IMG/VR virus record: IMGVR_UViG_3300027796_000011 | Span: 1-41,849 of that record | DNA from: a virus | Taxonomy: Duplodnaviria > Heunggongvirae > Uroviricota > Caudoviricetes | Strand: one strand, 5' to 3' | Length of the DNA: 41,849 nucleotides | In this document: piece after piece, positions 7,811 through 16,543 of the stretch | Layout of the letters: every line of letters starts with the position of its first letter | Position numbering within the stretch: position 1 is the stretch's first letter | Notes under the pieces: generated by a model | Told to the model about the DNA's origin: nothing | Database searches by the model: none | The model's input: only the letters and a program-made list of their open reading frames with translations | Translations under genes and position numbers: made by a program

Positions 7811-9151
7811 GTGTTTTCAAAAGCCATTGATTCCACACACTACTTCGTTCAGAAGACAGAGATTCCGATTGACTTGGATGTCCTCCGGGGGCGTCTCACA
7901 GTACGCTCCAAGTTCAAAGATAATGAACCGATTAAGACATACAAGGAAACCGAAGATTACTTTGGTATTCCTCGTCATTATTTTGACACCGGGGCTATCG
8001 CAGACGAGATCATTGATGCCCGTTCCTTTGGGACTCCCGTAGACATTCAGTTTGTTGGGGAGCTACGTCCCCGTCAACTCCCTTTGGAGCAGAAATTTCT
8101 TGCTGGTGTAGAGGCCGGTAGCACCGGGTTCATTCTTGCTGCTTCGACAGGGGTGGGCAAAACAGTCATGTTTCTCAACTACTTAGCGCATCTCAAAACT
8201 ACAGCACTTATTGTAGTTCCTCGCTCCCGCATTGTTGACCAATGGAAGGAACGTATCCTTCAGTTCACGAATCTAACAGAAGACGATATTGGTATTGCAC
8301 AGCAGAACGTGTGCAATTATGAAGGCAAGAAGATCGTCATCGGTATGCTGCATAGTCTTGCTAAAGACAAATATCCTGAAGAGTTTAAGAAGTATTTCGG
8401 GGTGGTTTGTTTTGATGAATTGCATACGGTGGCTGCCACTACATTCTCTACGGTTGTAGGTATGTTTCCAGCCCGCTACCGTTTAGGATGCTCTGCTACG
8501 TTAGATCGTCCAGATGGCATGTCCACGGTGTTTGAGTGGGCATTGGGACAGTGTAAGATCGAACTCAAGGGTACAACCGATGTTGTGCCTAAAGTCATTT
8601 TAAGGGAATACACGACAGAAAGCACGAAGCATCCGTACCTCCATCAACTAACAGATGCAAAGAAACGCAGAGGGATCATCATTTCAGCATTGGCTGAAGA
8701 TGGAAAAAGGAATCACTTTCTCTCGTCATTCATCACGCAGATTGAACAGTCGGGAAGGCGCACATTGATGCTGTCTGATAGGACAGAGCAGTTGAAGACT
8801 GTTCAAGCCATACTGGTGCATAAACACGGTTACAATATAACTGAGGTAGGTATCTTCGATGGAAAGACTAAAACGGCTGAAAAGGAACGTGTGCTGTCTT
8901 CTTGCAAGGTTATATTGGCTACCTATGGTGTGATGAACATGGCGATTGATGTTCCTGATCTTCGGGGATTGGTGTTCGGCACCCCGACATCCCACGCAGA
9001 ACAGGCTGTGGGTAGGATACTTCGCATGTGTGATGACACGAAAGAACCTGTAGTGTTGGACTTGATTGACACGGCGTACAAGGAATGTGTTCGGTGGGCT
9101 ATTACTCGACAGAGTATGTATCGCAAGAATAAGGCAGTCCTGGTAGCATGA
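7811..9151 (+). CDS. Superfamily 2 DNA helicase (UvsW/XPB-like)
   Basis: STGVGKT, CFDELH, CSAT, QAVGRILR; start moved to GTG 7811 because TTG 7742 is the -35 box. Confidence 0.88.
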   Translation: MFSKAIDSTHYFVQKTEIPIDLDVLRGRLTVRSKFKDNEPIKTYKETEDYFGIPRHYFDTGAIADEIIDARSFGTPVDIQFVGELRPRQLPLEQKFLAGVEAGSTGFILAASTGVGKTVMFLNYLAHLKTTALIVVPRSRIVDQWKERILQFTNLTEDDIGIAQQNVCNYEGKKIVIGMLHSLAKDKYPEEFKKYFGVVCFDELHTVAATTFSTVVGMFPARYRLGCSATLDRPDGMSTVFEWALGQCKIELKGTTDVVPKVILREYTTESTKHPYLHQLTDAKKRRGIIISALAEDGKRNHFLSSFITQIEQSGRRTLMLSDRTEQLKTVQAILVHKHGYNITEVGIFDGKTKTAEKERVLSSCKVILATYGVMNMAIDVPDLRGLVFGTPTSHAEQAVGRILRMCDDTKEPVVLDLIDTAYKECVRWAITRQSMYRKNKAVLVA

Positions 9152-9804
9152 GTGAAAACGGTAAGACTGTTTCTTACGAGCCTAAAAGTCTTCAGCGTGT
9201 CCACCCCCATTTACGGACACGAAATCGAGAGTATGATCGTCAGAAGTTGTCAGGCCAACTTGCAGAATTGGAGAGGTTGGAGAACACTCCAGAAGAATCG
9301 TTGACTGATGAAGAGAAGATCAGATTCAAGATGTTGCAGGGGAATAAGTATAGGATTGGCTGGTATCGCATCCCGCACATGCGGGAGTTGATTGACAGGA
9401 AATTGCAGTACGATAAACTCAGGTCTGAACTTGAACAAGTACGCAAGAAAAATGCGGAGGCTATTTTTGAAGCCGAAAGCATGATACAGGACTTAGGCAA
9501 TCGAGGTAATCCGTATGCTATATTCACTATTAAAGATGTTGCTGGTGCAGTTGGTAATGGTGTTCGTGTTGTCAAGATGATTAAGGAAGGTATCATTCCT
9601 GAACCGTATAAAGTTGAGACAGAGAAGCGGACGTATCATTACTTCGATGAGTTGCAGATAGCGTTATTGTGTGAAGCGGTTGAGCATTGTGGAAAGGGTG
9701 ATTGGGAATGTATCAGGAACTATTTACGTCCCAGATGGGGATGGAGGGTGTATGACAAAGGGAACGGCACTTACAAGTTCCAACGGCTTGGTGACGGTTC
9801 GTAG
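9148..9804 (+). CDS. Protein with C-terminal MerR-type HTH
   Basis: FTIKDVAGAVG...MIKEGIIPEP...YFDELQI resembles MerR wHTH; N-terminal coiled coil. Confidence 0.6.
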   Translation: MSENGKTVSYEPKSLQRVHPHLRTRNREYDRQKLSGQLAELERLENTPEESLTDEEKIRFKMLQGNKYRIGWYRIPHMRELIDRKLQYDKLRSELEQVRKKNAEAIFEAESMIQDLGNRGNPYAIFTIKDVAGAVGNGVRVVKMIKEGIIPEPYKVETEKRTYHYFDELQIALLCEAVEHCGKGDWECIRNYLRPRWGWRVYDKGNGTYKFQRLGDGS

Positions 9805-9808
9805 GACT

Positions 9809-10093
9809 ATGTTTGGTCAGGAGGCGGTGTCTGAAGAGACTATTGATATTCGCCCGTTTGCTACCGATCCCGCCCGGATTCGGGTTGGACGGGGCCTGAC
9901 CATTGGGCTGCCGAATTACAGTTCTGCCAGGGTTGATGTCTCCATTGAGCTTCCTTGCTACGTGGAGGAGGCTGTGAAGGTCTATGAGGAACTGACGCAG
10001 AAGGTGGAGGTCTTGGTTGAAGAAGAGGCTAAGAAAATTCTGCAATTAACTTCAAAGTCCGACCAGCCCGCCAAGGCTGCAACCCTTTTCTAA
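9809..10093 (+). CDS. Conserved small phage protein (94 aa)
   Basis: ATG 9809 follows upstream stop; TIGLPNYSSARVDVSIELP motif typical of small proteins in phage recombination modules. Confidence 0.65.
   Translation: MFGQEAVSEETIDIRPFATDPARIRVGRGLTIGLPNYSSARVDVSIELPCYVEEAVKVYEELTQKVEVLVEEEAKKILQLTSKSDQPAKAATLF
10041..10054. promoter_or_regulatory. Palindromic operator-like site TGCAATTAACTTCA
   Basis: Perfect match to TGMARTYRAYTKCA, 50 nt upstream of recA start. Confidence 0.65.
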
Positions 10094-10104
10094 ACGGAGG
10101 AACC

Positions 10105-11352
10105 GTGGCGAATTTCAACGATGTGTTGTCTTCCAGTGCCCGTCTCAAGAAGATGTCTTCCTTGGTGTCCCCGATGTTCAAGGATGAGGTATACCGGGAT
10201 TACCCACGGCTCCCGTCCTATGTATTCGGATTTGACTTTGCGACTGCTGGAGGGCTTCCCTGTGGCGTCATGACCCATCTCTACGGACTCCCCGCCTCTG
10301 GCAAGAGTACGTTCACGCACCTGATGGCGAAGGCTGTCCAGAAGACCTGTATGAATTGCCTCAAGCCGCTGTCCATGTGCAGTTGTGAGAATCAACAGGT
10401 CGGGAAGGTTCTCTACGTCCTCACTGAAGGGAACAGCATTGACGAATCTTACCTGTTGAAACTTGGGGTGGATGTGAAGTACCTCCCCGATGGTTCGTGG
10501 GATGAAGATCGGAACAACATCATCAGGGCCATGCCGGAATACGGTGAGCAGGCGTGTGACATCATCATGGCTGCTGTCCAGGCTGACGATATCTCGTTAA
10601 TCATTGTGGACAGCATTGTGGGTATCACCTCCAAGGCCATTTTGGAGTCTGACTTTGAAGATCGTCAGTATGGTGGGGACGCCCTCCTGATCGGGAAATT
10701 GACTAAGAAGTTGAATCTGCAAATGATCCAAGAGACGAAGCGCGGACACAAAGTGTCCATCATTTTCCTCAATCAGTTACGGGCGAAGATGAACGCCTCT
10801 CTGTATGAGGAGAAGGAGCAGACTCCTGGTGGTTATGCGCTGCGTCATGCTTGTCGTTTGTCCATCAACGCCTCGCGTCTTTCTGCTGACCCCAAGGAGC
10901 GGGATGCAGACGCCAAGGTCAACTATGCTGACAAGTTCAAGCTCTCAATGGTGGGCCAGACATCCAAGCAACAGATTTTTTTGATTGCTGGTCAGGCTGA
11001 TTATCGTGTCGTGCAACGCCCCTTCGATGGCTATGAAGAAGGGACTATCCTTGATGCAAATGAATGTCTGGCTGTTGCAAAAGACCGACTTGGTATCTTT
11101 GTTAAGGAAGGTGGAGTCTATACATTGATGGGGTTGGATTGGAAGTTTCTCAAGCAAGACGACTTCAAAGAGGTCTTTAGAACAGGACAGTACATTGACC
11201 CGGATACCGTGGAGGTCACAGAGGGTGCTGACGACATCATCAAGTACACCCTGGTGCAGGTTGCTCGAAGCGTTGCGCGTAGGAATATCGAAGAGAAGTA
11301 CAACAAAAAAGTTATAACCATCGGTAGTAAAGACGCCCCTATTGAGGACTAG
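10105..11352 (+). CDS. recA: RecA/UvsX-like recombinase with Cys-rich insertion
   Basis: GGLPCG, Walker A GLPASGKST, IIVDSI, FLNQLR, TPGGYALRHAC; insertion CMNCLKPLSMCSC. Confidence 0.9.
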   Translation: MANFNDVLSSSARLKKMSSLVSPMFKDEVYRDYPRLPSYVFGFDFATAGGLPCGVMTHLYGLPASGKSTFTHLMAKAVQKTCMNCLKPLSMCSCENQQVGKVLYVLTEGNSIDESYLLKLGVDVKYLPDGSWDEDRNNIIRAMPEYGEQACDIIMAAVQADDISLIIVDSIVGITSKAILESDFEDRQYGGDALLIGKLTKKLNLQMIQETKRGHKVSIIFLNQLRAKMNASLYEEKEQTPGGYALRHACRLSINASRLSADPKERDADAKVNYADKFKLSMVGQTSKQQIFLIAGQADYRVVQRPFDGYEEGTILDANECLAVAKDRLGIFVKEGGVYTLMGLDWKFLKQDDFKEVFRTGQYIDPDTVEVTEGADDIIKYTLVQVARSVARRNIEEKYNKKVITIGSKDAPIED

Positions 11353-11358
11353 ATTCTG

Positions 11359-11712
11359 ATGGACATCTGCAACTATGAAGAACTTTGTGGACTACTGAAT
11401 ATAAGTCCAAGTTCCTTTCGGAGAATGGGGTGGCGTCGGCTGCCCCATTTCTTCGCAGGGGGCGGGAAGGACTTGCGCTCTGCCCGTTTCATGATTAACG
11501 ATGTCATGGCAGTTTTTCAGGAGGAGGCCCATGACAATCGAAGGCTACAAGACCAAAGACGGGCAGCGGTATCGGGCGGTGTTCGAGTTCCAGGGACAAA
11601 GGCACAAGCAAAGAGGATTCCAGACGCAAAGGGAGGCCGACGCCTGGATAGTGGACGAAAGGAGACGCTTAAACTCCGAGATGGAACGGAGCTTGTGCTG
11701 CCACATTTCTGA
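11359..11712 (+). CDS. xis: Excisionase-like HTH protein overlapping int
   Basis: YEELCGLLNISPSSFRR HTH, RF..DV motif, position directly before integrase. Confidence 0.6.
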   Translation: MDICNYEELCGLLNISPSSFRRMGWRRLPHFFAGGGKDLRSARFMINDVMAVFQEEAHDNRRLQDQRRAAVSGGVRVPGTKAQAKRIPDAKGGRRLDSGRKETLKLRDGTELVLPHF

Positions 11713-12583
11713 CTTTTCTAAGAAGTATTTTGAGGCAGAGGCATCCCGCATTTCAGCACAAACGCTCAGTTACAAGATGAAGTATGTTCAGGATTTCTTT
11801 GCATTTTTGGGGAAGGATACCCCTATTGAGGACATCACCAGGGAAGTGGCTATTGCTTTTCAGAAGTACATGCTCAGAACCACCAACCCTATCAATGTGA
11901 ATCGCTACATTAGAGAGTTACGAGTCCTTTGGAATTGGCATATCACTAACACAGGGATCGTGTCTTCCAACCCTTTCAAGGTTCCTAGTCTACCTGAATC
12001 CAAGTACGTTCCGTACATCCCACCCAAAGAAGATATTGAAAGAGTTCTTGATACTGCCGAAGGGTGGATCAAGGACTTTTTGCTTTTGGTGTTAGCGACT
12101 GCTGCCAGGAGAAGTGAGATACGAAAACTCACTTGGGATGATATTGATTTTCAGAAGAAGATCATCAGGCTAAAGACTAAAAAGAGACGGGGTGGCGGGG
12201 AGGAATGGGACAACCTTCCGATGAATAGCATCGCTGAAAGCGTCCTTCTCCGTAGACATCTAGAGCGGGAGGGGGATGGAATCGCGGTATTCCCTCCCAA
12301 GTATCGTACCAAGAAAATGACGGCATTTCGTCATATCAATACTGTTTCCGAGATACTTCATAAGTTATGTGTGAAGGCTGGAGTCAAGCCTTTTTCCTTC
12401 CATCCCCTCCGTCATTATGTCGCTTCCATCCTTCGGGACAAGCACCAAGCCAGCCTGTTTGAAATCCAGCACGTTCTCCGGCACAAGAAGCCTGGAACCA
12501 CGGCTATCTACCTAGACACGTTGAAGACTCCTGTTGAAAGACCTCTCAACTCCCTGTCAGATGAGTTCTCTGCCTTCCTGTGA
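11531..12583 (+). CDS. int: Tyrosine recombinase (phage integrase), 350 aa
   Basis: ARRSEI (R), HPLRH (HxxR), LRH, TAIY (catalytic Y); N-terminal arm-binding domain; GAGGAGG RBS before ATG 11531. Confidence 0.95.
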   Translation: MTIEGYKTKDGQRYRAVFEFQGQRHKQRGFQTQREADAWIVDERRRLNSEMERSLCCHISDFSKKYFEAEASRISAQTLSYKMKYVQDFFAFLGKDTPIEDITREVAIAFQKYMLRTTNPINVNRYIRELRVLWNWHITNTGIVSSNPFKVPSLPESKYVPYIPPKEDIERVLDTAEGWIKDFLLLVLATAARRSEIRKLTWDDIDFQKKIIRLKTKKRRGGGEEWDNLPMNSIAESVLLRRHLEREGDGIAVFPPKYRTKKMTAFRHINTVSEILHKLCVKAGVKPFSFHPLRHYVASILRDKHQASLFEIQHVLRHKKPGTTAIYLDTLKTPVERPLNSLSDEFSAFL

Positions 12584-12584
12584 T

Positions 12585-12825
12585 CTGTGGGGTGGGCTGT
12601 GGGGTGGATTCTCTGGGGTGGTATGAAAATCATTGAAGATTTTTGGGAGGAAAGCCCACCCGCCGAAACAAAAAAGTAAGCAATTCAAGGGTTATATCTG
12701 AAGATTTTGGGATGGCCGTGTTGCTAGGTTAGCCAGTCACGCGAAACATAGAGCATAAGAAAAGGGAGCAAGTCTAACGACTTAACTCCCTTTTCGGTTT
12801 TTTGTGGGGTGACTCTGCGGGGTGG
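12585..12825. other. attP-like attachment site with 3+2 arm-type repeats
   Basis: CTGTGGGGTGG 12585, CTGTGGGGTGG 12597, CTCTGGGGTGG 12611; TTGTGGGGTGA 12802, CTGCGGGGTGG 12815; immediately after int stop. Confidence 0.8.
12759..12802. terminator. Bidirectional terminator inside attP
   Basis: GAAAAGGGAG-C-AAGTC-TAAC-GACTT-AA-CTCCCTTTTC with T tracts on both strands. Confidence 0.75.
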
Positions 12826-12832
12826 ATTTATT

Positions 12833-13090
12833 TTAGAGGCGTCCTTCCCGCATCTCCTGGTTCAGAAAGAGGACTTCTGCTTCCAGGGCATCTTTTCGTT
12901 TGGCGTAGGTGGCGGGAAGGAAACACCCTGCGTACTGTCCCACCAAGAACTCCACTGTCCAACCGCCCTCATCCTCGTTAAACTCCACACGGGAAGCACG
13001 TTGAACTTGGGTGGTCCCCACCCCCGCCAGGAGGTCATCGTGGAGTCCTTCAATCGAACCGTCAGGGTGAATACGGTATAACTTTTTCAT
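12833..13090 (-). CDS. Small conserved protein of DUF1257/DUF2997 clusters (85 aa)
   Basis: MKKLYRIHPDGSI...RASRVEF..GGW..KRKDALEAEV pattern; GGAAGG RBS. Confidence 0.7.
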   Translation of the reverse strand: MKKLYRIHPDGSIEGLHDDLLAGVGTTQVQRASRVEFNEDEGGWTVEFLVGQYAGCFLPATYAKRKDALEAEVLFLNQEMREGRL

Positions 13091-13109
13091 GGCGTTTCCT
13101 TCCCGCTTT

Positions 13110-13298
13110 TTAGCGGCTGACGGTGATGCCAGCACCTTCGGTTTTGTAGTAGTCAGCAGTCAACTTCTGATCCGTAGTGGTTCCAAGAGAGTCCATGAAC
13201 TTCTTGGCAGTCTCCACACAACCCTTACCAGCAAACCCTTCGGCCTTGACTTCGATGTTCGTACCGTCAGGGGAGATGATGAATTTCACTTTCTTCAT
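13110..13298 (-). CDS. DUF2997 family protein (62 aa)
   Basis: IISPDG.IEVKAEGFAGKGC...LG...LTADYY. Confidence 0.85.
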   Translation of the reverse strand: MKKVKFIISPDGTNIEVKAEGFAGKGCVETAKKFMDSLGTTTDQKLTADYYKTEGAGITVSR

Positions 13299-13299
13299 G

Positions 13300-13653
13300 T
13301 TAGCGAACCTCAATTTCAAGAACAAGGTTTCCTTTCGCATCCACACCGCAGTTACGGAAAGCAGCCCCGGACATGATAGCCTTCTGCTTCAGGATGTGTT
13401 GGGTGTATTCCTGATTGAACCTGTAGTAGTCGCGGGCCATAGACCACTCGTCCACCACAGGAGTGCCGTCCACCCCGATCACGTACTTGACCTTTCCGCT
13501 CTTGTCTCGCAGGACAGTAGCATTTTTGACTGTTTCTTTGGAGTAGGAGTTGGTGAAGTCCTGCTTCTGCATGGCCCATTCCATAGCCTTGGCAGCAACT
13601 TCAATCGCCTTCGCATTGGTCAACTTGATCGACACTTTACTCAAATGGCTCAT
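13300..13653 (-). CDS. DUF1257 (Ycf35-like) family protein
   Basis: N-terminal MSHLSKVSIKLTN, QEY, C-terminal GNLVLEIEV; adjacent DUF2997. Confidence 0.8.
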   Translation of the reverse strand: MSHLSKVSIKLTNAKAIEVAAKAMEWAMQKQDFTNSYSKETVKNATVLRDKSGKVKYVIGVDGTPVVDEWSMARDYYRFNQEYTQHILKQKAIMSGAAFRNCGVDAKGNLVLEIEVR

Positions 13654-13829
13654 TTCTTTTCCTCCAAGTACTTGTTAGAACACTCCTCACATCTAATCAC
13701 ACTATCAAAGAAAGTCCACCCCTCATTCTGACACCTAAGTACAACTTCCGTCTCTGAGGTTACAGCGTACACAGTTATGAGCACACCACATTCGTCACAC
13801 TCTGCTGTCATATCAGAAGGAAAAATCAC
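13650..13829 (-). CDS. Small zinc-ribbon protein (59 aa), absent from ORF track
   Basis: Translated by hand: MIFPSDMTAECDECGVLITVYAVTSETEVVLRCQNEGWTFFDSVIRCEECSNKYLEEKK; two CxxC pairs; stop overlaps next ATG (ATGA). Confidence 0.7.
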   Translation of the reverse strand: MIFPSDMTAECDECGVLITVYAVTSETEVVLRCQNEGWTFFDSVIRCEECSNKYLEEKK

Positions 13830-13836
13830 AGTAGCC

Positions 13837-14379
13837 TCAACCTCCTTGTTTCATTCGGATAAACCGAACAGCGTTTTGTTGTTCAATTTCCTTTGGCAAC
13901 GTGATGGTCAACATCTTCTGGTGCGTATCCAACGAGATGGGTTGCGTGTTCAGTAGAAGTTTGTAACTCAAACTGTCCTGTTCCACCACCCCGCTTTCAA
14001 TGACTTCCTTCTTCGTCAGGATACGCCCACGGGTCTTGAAGAACCACTTCTGCTTCCGCACCAGATCGTTGTACGACTTGACCTCTACGGTCTGCGGGCG
14101 GGCAGGAACCTCAAACTTGATGTAGTATGAATACGTCAGTCGAGGTTTCGCAAACTCTGCTTCCAATATGAATATCTTTGCAATAGGGATATCCGTCTCA
14201 AAAGCATACTTCCCAGACACACCAGCGGGCAGGACATCCGGCTTCAGTACCCATCCGTTTTTCTGTGCTTCCCATACCGGGATTTCCTTCCCACCAGAAA
14301 CCAGGAACAGCAGAAACTTTGCTTGCGCTCCAGGCTTGAAGCTGTTCGTCCCACCGTTGTACTCGAAAAAGTATGACAT
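13837..14379 (-). CDS. Hypothetical protein (180 aa)
   Basis: Start moved to ATG 14379 (GGAGGGAAGGG RBS, downstream of promoter 14436-14409). Confidence 0.75.
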   Translation of the reverse strand: MSYFFEYNGGTNSFKPGAQAKFLLFLVSGGKEIPVWEAQKNGWVLKPDVLPAGVSGKYAFETDIPIAKIFILEAEFAKPRLTYSYYIKFEVPARPQTVEVKSYNDLVRKQKWFFKTRGRILTKKEVIESGVVEQDSLSYKLLLNTQPISLDTHQKMLTITLPKEIEQQNAVRFIRMKQGG

Positions 14380-14408
14380 CCCTTCCCTCCCCGTCGTTGT
14401 TGAAATAG

Positions 14409-14436
14409 ATAATACCACTTTCTTTGGTTTTGTCAA
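14409..14436 (-). promoter_or_regulatory. sigma70 promoter of the five-gene DUF1257 operon
   Basis: TTGACA (14436-14431), 16 nt, TATTAT (14414-14409). Confidence 0.65.
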
Positions 14437-14440
14437 GGGG

Positions 14441-14461
14441 TTTTTCACATTGACTTCAAAA
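14441..14461 (-). promoter_or_regulatory. Variant operator-like site TTTTGAAGTCAATGTGAAAAA
   Basis: 21-bp exact match to 39724-39744; abuts the -35 box. Confidence 0.7.
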
Positions 14462-14490
14462 AAAGCCCACCTTTTTGGGGTGGGCTTCTT
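14457..14490 (-). terminator. Rho-independent terminator ending polA-portal transcript
   Basis: AAGCCCACC/GGTGGGCTT stem followed by a U run on the - strand. Confidence 0.75.
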
Positions 14491-14492
14491 GG

Positions 14493-14846
14493 TTACTTCG
14501 CGTTTTCCAGCGTTTGTCGGATGTGGGGTGGAATGTCCAGGGTGATCTTCAGATGTCCTTCAGACATCGCTTCGATCTTGGCAGCAAAGTCCAGAACTGA
14601 TTGCCACCCCCAAGCTACGACATTCGTTTTATCGACACCCTCAACAGCGGACAAGCAGAACTCCGTTTGAGTCCTAACGGTAGCCTTACGCACAGGGGCA
14701 CCGGGCTTGAACTCCCAATCAGGAAACAGCCCTGTGTCGTACTGTTCCATCCCGGTTTCTTGAGGCTCAATCTCTGCCAGGATAGGAGCATCCATCACAG
14801 CCACCTCCTCCACGACATCTTCTTTCACTTTACGCGGCCTTCCCAT
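14493..14846 (-). CDS. Hypothetical protein (117 aa)
   Basis: Start moved to ATG 14846 (GAGGGG RBS, overlaps portal stop); the longer ORF-track call overlaps the portal. Confidence 0.65.
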   Translation of the reverse strand: MGRPRKVKEDVVEEVAVMDAPILAEIEPQETGMEQYDTGLFPDWEFKPGAPVRKATVRTQTEFCLSAVEGVDKTNVVAWGWQSVLDFAAKIEAMSEGHLKITLDIPPHIRQTLENAK

Positions 14847-16533
14847 CAGTCCCCTCACTAGTTTCGGGTTTATTGCCTTCGTCCTCTCCACCCCCAACAG
14901 CAGGCTCCTGACCTTGAGGATTCTGAGGATCACCTTCGCCTTGACCGTAGATCGTGCCGTAGTTGTAGAGAGACTTGCTGAAAGCAAGCGGGGAGTCCGC
15001 CCACTCTTCATGCTCACCCACATACGGACGAAGTTGTGCATTAAAGTTCTCGTTAAAGAACTCAATGAGTTCATTGGGAGACAGGACACCTGTGTTGACG
15101 ATGTGGGGGAGAAGACCCATAAGGTCAGCATTGGACTTGATAACAGGATCAACGGTGTCAAAAATCCACTCAGAAACGCCAAGGGCTTTTACGATGGTGT
15201 TGTTGATAACGTCATCGAACTTGTTGCGGGCCGGGATGAACACCTGATCTTCTGTGGCGATACGCAGAAGGTTGGCACTCGCGTAGTTCAACCCCGTATG
15301 CTCACCAAGGAACATGGCGGGGAGGCGGAAGCCAAAGGAACGGATAGCCCCCCGGCTGTCTTCGAGATACTTCTGGAAGGTAAGGTCATCCTTGCGGTAT
15401 TCAGTCAAACTGGTGACGTTGAGTTTGGGTGGGGTGTCCTTCCCCTGGAGGTTGAAAGATGTACCAGAGGCTTCCAGCAGCAGGGGCTTATTGAACTTAC
15501 CGATGTCCTCTGTATGGCCCTTCAGCATCGCCAGGAGGTCATTCATGGACTCTTCGGTGAGTTCCCCGCCAGCAATCGTAATCAAGAGGGGCGGGATGCC
15601 CTGCGACTCAAAAAGGTTGTGGTTGATGAAGTCAGCCTTGGTGATACCCATGACATTGAGAAGCGTTCCAATCCAACGTGGGATACCATAAGTACCGTTG
15701 CCGTACTTGAAGTGAATAACCTCAGTAGCATTTTCCCAGACATCATCTGAGTTATCTTTTTCCTCTTCCGTATGCCCGGTAAGAGCATTGATGTTACGCG
15801 GATCACCGAACTCTTTGAAGAAGCGAACGTCCTTCCCTAGAGTACCAGTGACCGCCTTGGGGTTGGAGATGCCCATAACGAACTTACGGAACCTTTTGCG
15901 GGAAGGAATCTTGATGTCCTTCCCATCCCGAGTCACATCCAGCACGATGTTAGTGAAATCACGATCCAAAGGGGTGAGACGCATACGCTTGGCGTCCAGC
16001 CAGAACAGTAGGGTAGGCTCCCCTTTCAGGTTACGCACAACTTCGATGTAACCATTTCCGGTGACACTGTAGTCACGATCCACGAACTCACGCAGGGCAC
16101 TGAAAGACTCCTGCCCATTCGGGCAGTCAAATAGATTCTCCAGTTTCACTTTTTCGGGGTGGGCCTCATACTTCTCAGCGGGAGGGAGGTTATCAACTTC
16201 CGACCCACTTTTAGGCTTGATCTTCCACCCATAACCACCCACGTTGAAAATGAAAGCATCAACACATGCCTGGAGACAGCCACACTCCTCATAGAGTTCA
16301 TACATACGCTCTGGCGAGTACGGGGGCTTCAGGACAAGTTTCGTCTCGTAGTGAGTCTCATAGAAGTCGTCATAGGCAACCTGACGGGAGAAGGCTTTGA
16401 CGCTATCTCCCTGTTTTGAAGTCAACTGCGAAATCTCAGCCATGATCCTTTTCCGAAAAGCGGACTTGTGCTTGGCCTCTTTCAGTCCCTCTTTGAAACC
16501 TTCCGCAAACGGGTCGGTTGTCACTTTTGCCAT
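14830..16533 (-). CDS. Phage portal protein (PBSX-type), 567 aa
   Basis: TGNGYIEVVRN, YGIPRWIG, N..F..QGIPP, F.LP.MFLG motifs; ATG 16533 with AGGAG RBS. Confidence 0.85.
   Translation of the reverse strand: MAKVTTDPFAEGFKEGLKEAKHKSAFRKRIMAEISQLTSKQGDSVKAFSRQVAYDDFYETHYETKLVLKPPYSPERMYELYEECGCLQACVDAFIFNVGGYGWKIKPKSGSEVDNLPPAEKYEAHPEKVKLENLFDCPNGQESFSALREFVDRDYSVTGNGYIEVVRNLKGEPTLLFWLDAKRMRLTPLDRDFTNIVLDVTRDGKDIKIPSRKRFRKFVMGISNPKAVTGTLGKDVRFFKEFGDPRNINALTGHTEEEKDNSDDVWENATEVIHFKYGNGTYGIPRWIGTLLNVMGITKADFINHNLFESQGIPPLLITIAGGELTEESMNDLLAMLKGHTEDIGKFNKPLLLEASGTSFNLQGKDTPPKLNVTSLTEYRKDDLTFQKYLEDSRGAIRSFGFRLPAMFLGEHTGLNYASANLLRIATEDQVFIPARNKFDDVINNTIVKALGVSEWIFDTVDPVIKSNADLMGLLPHIVNTGVLSPNELIEFFNENFNAQLRPYVGEHEEWADSPLAFSKSLYNYGTIYGQGEGDPQNPQGQEPAVGGGEDEGNKPETSEGTDGKAA
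16417..16430. promoter_or_regulatory. Operator-like site TGAAGTCAACTGCG (1 mismatch, intragenic)
   Basis: Near match to TGMARTYRAYTKCA about 100 nt into the portal gene. Confidence 0.5.
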
Positions 16534-16543
16534 CTGATTGCTC

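Noticed and set aside
10070-10093. C-terminal KAATLF as a beta-clamp-binding motif
   Set aside because: Lacks the Gln-Leu spacing of QL(S/D)LF; too weak without homologues
12644-12745. Fragments resembling a c-di-GMP-I riboswitch (GGGAGGAAAGCCCAC; TTAGCCAGT) in attP
   Set aside because: P1/P2 stems and tetraloop-receptor geometry cannot be built; short matches are probably chance. A Rfam scan would settle it
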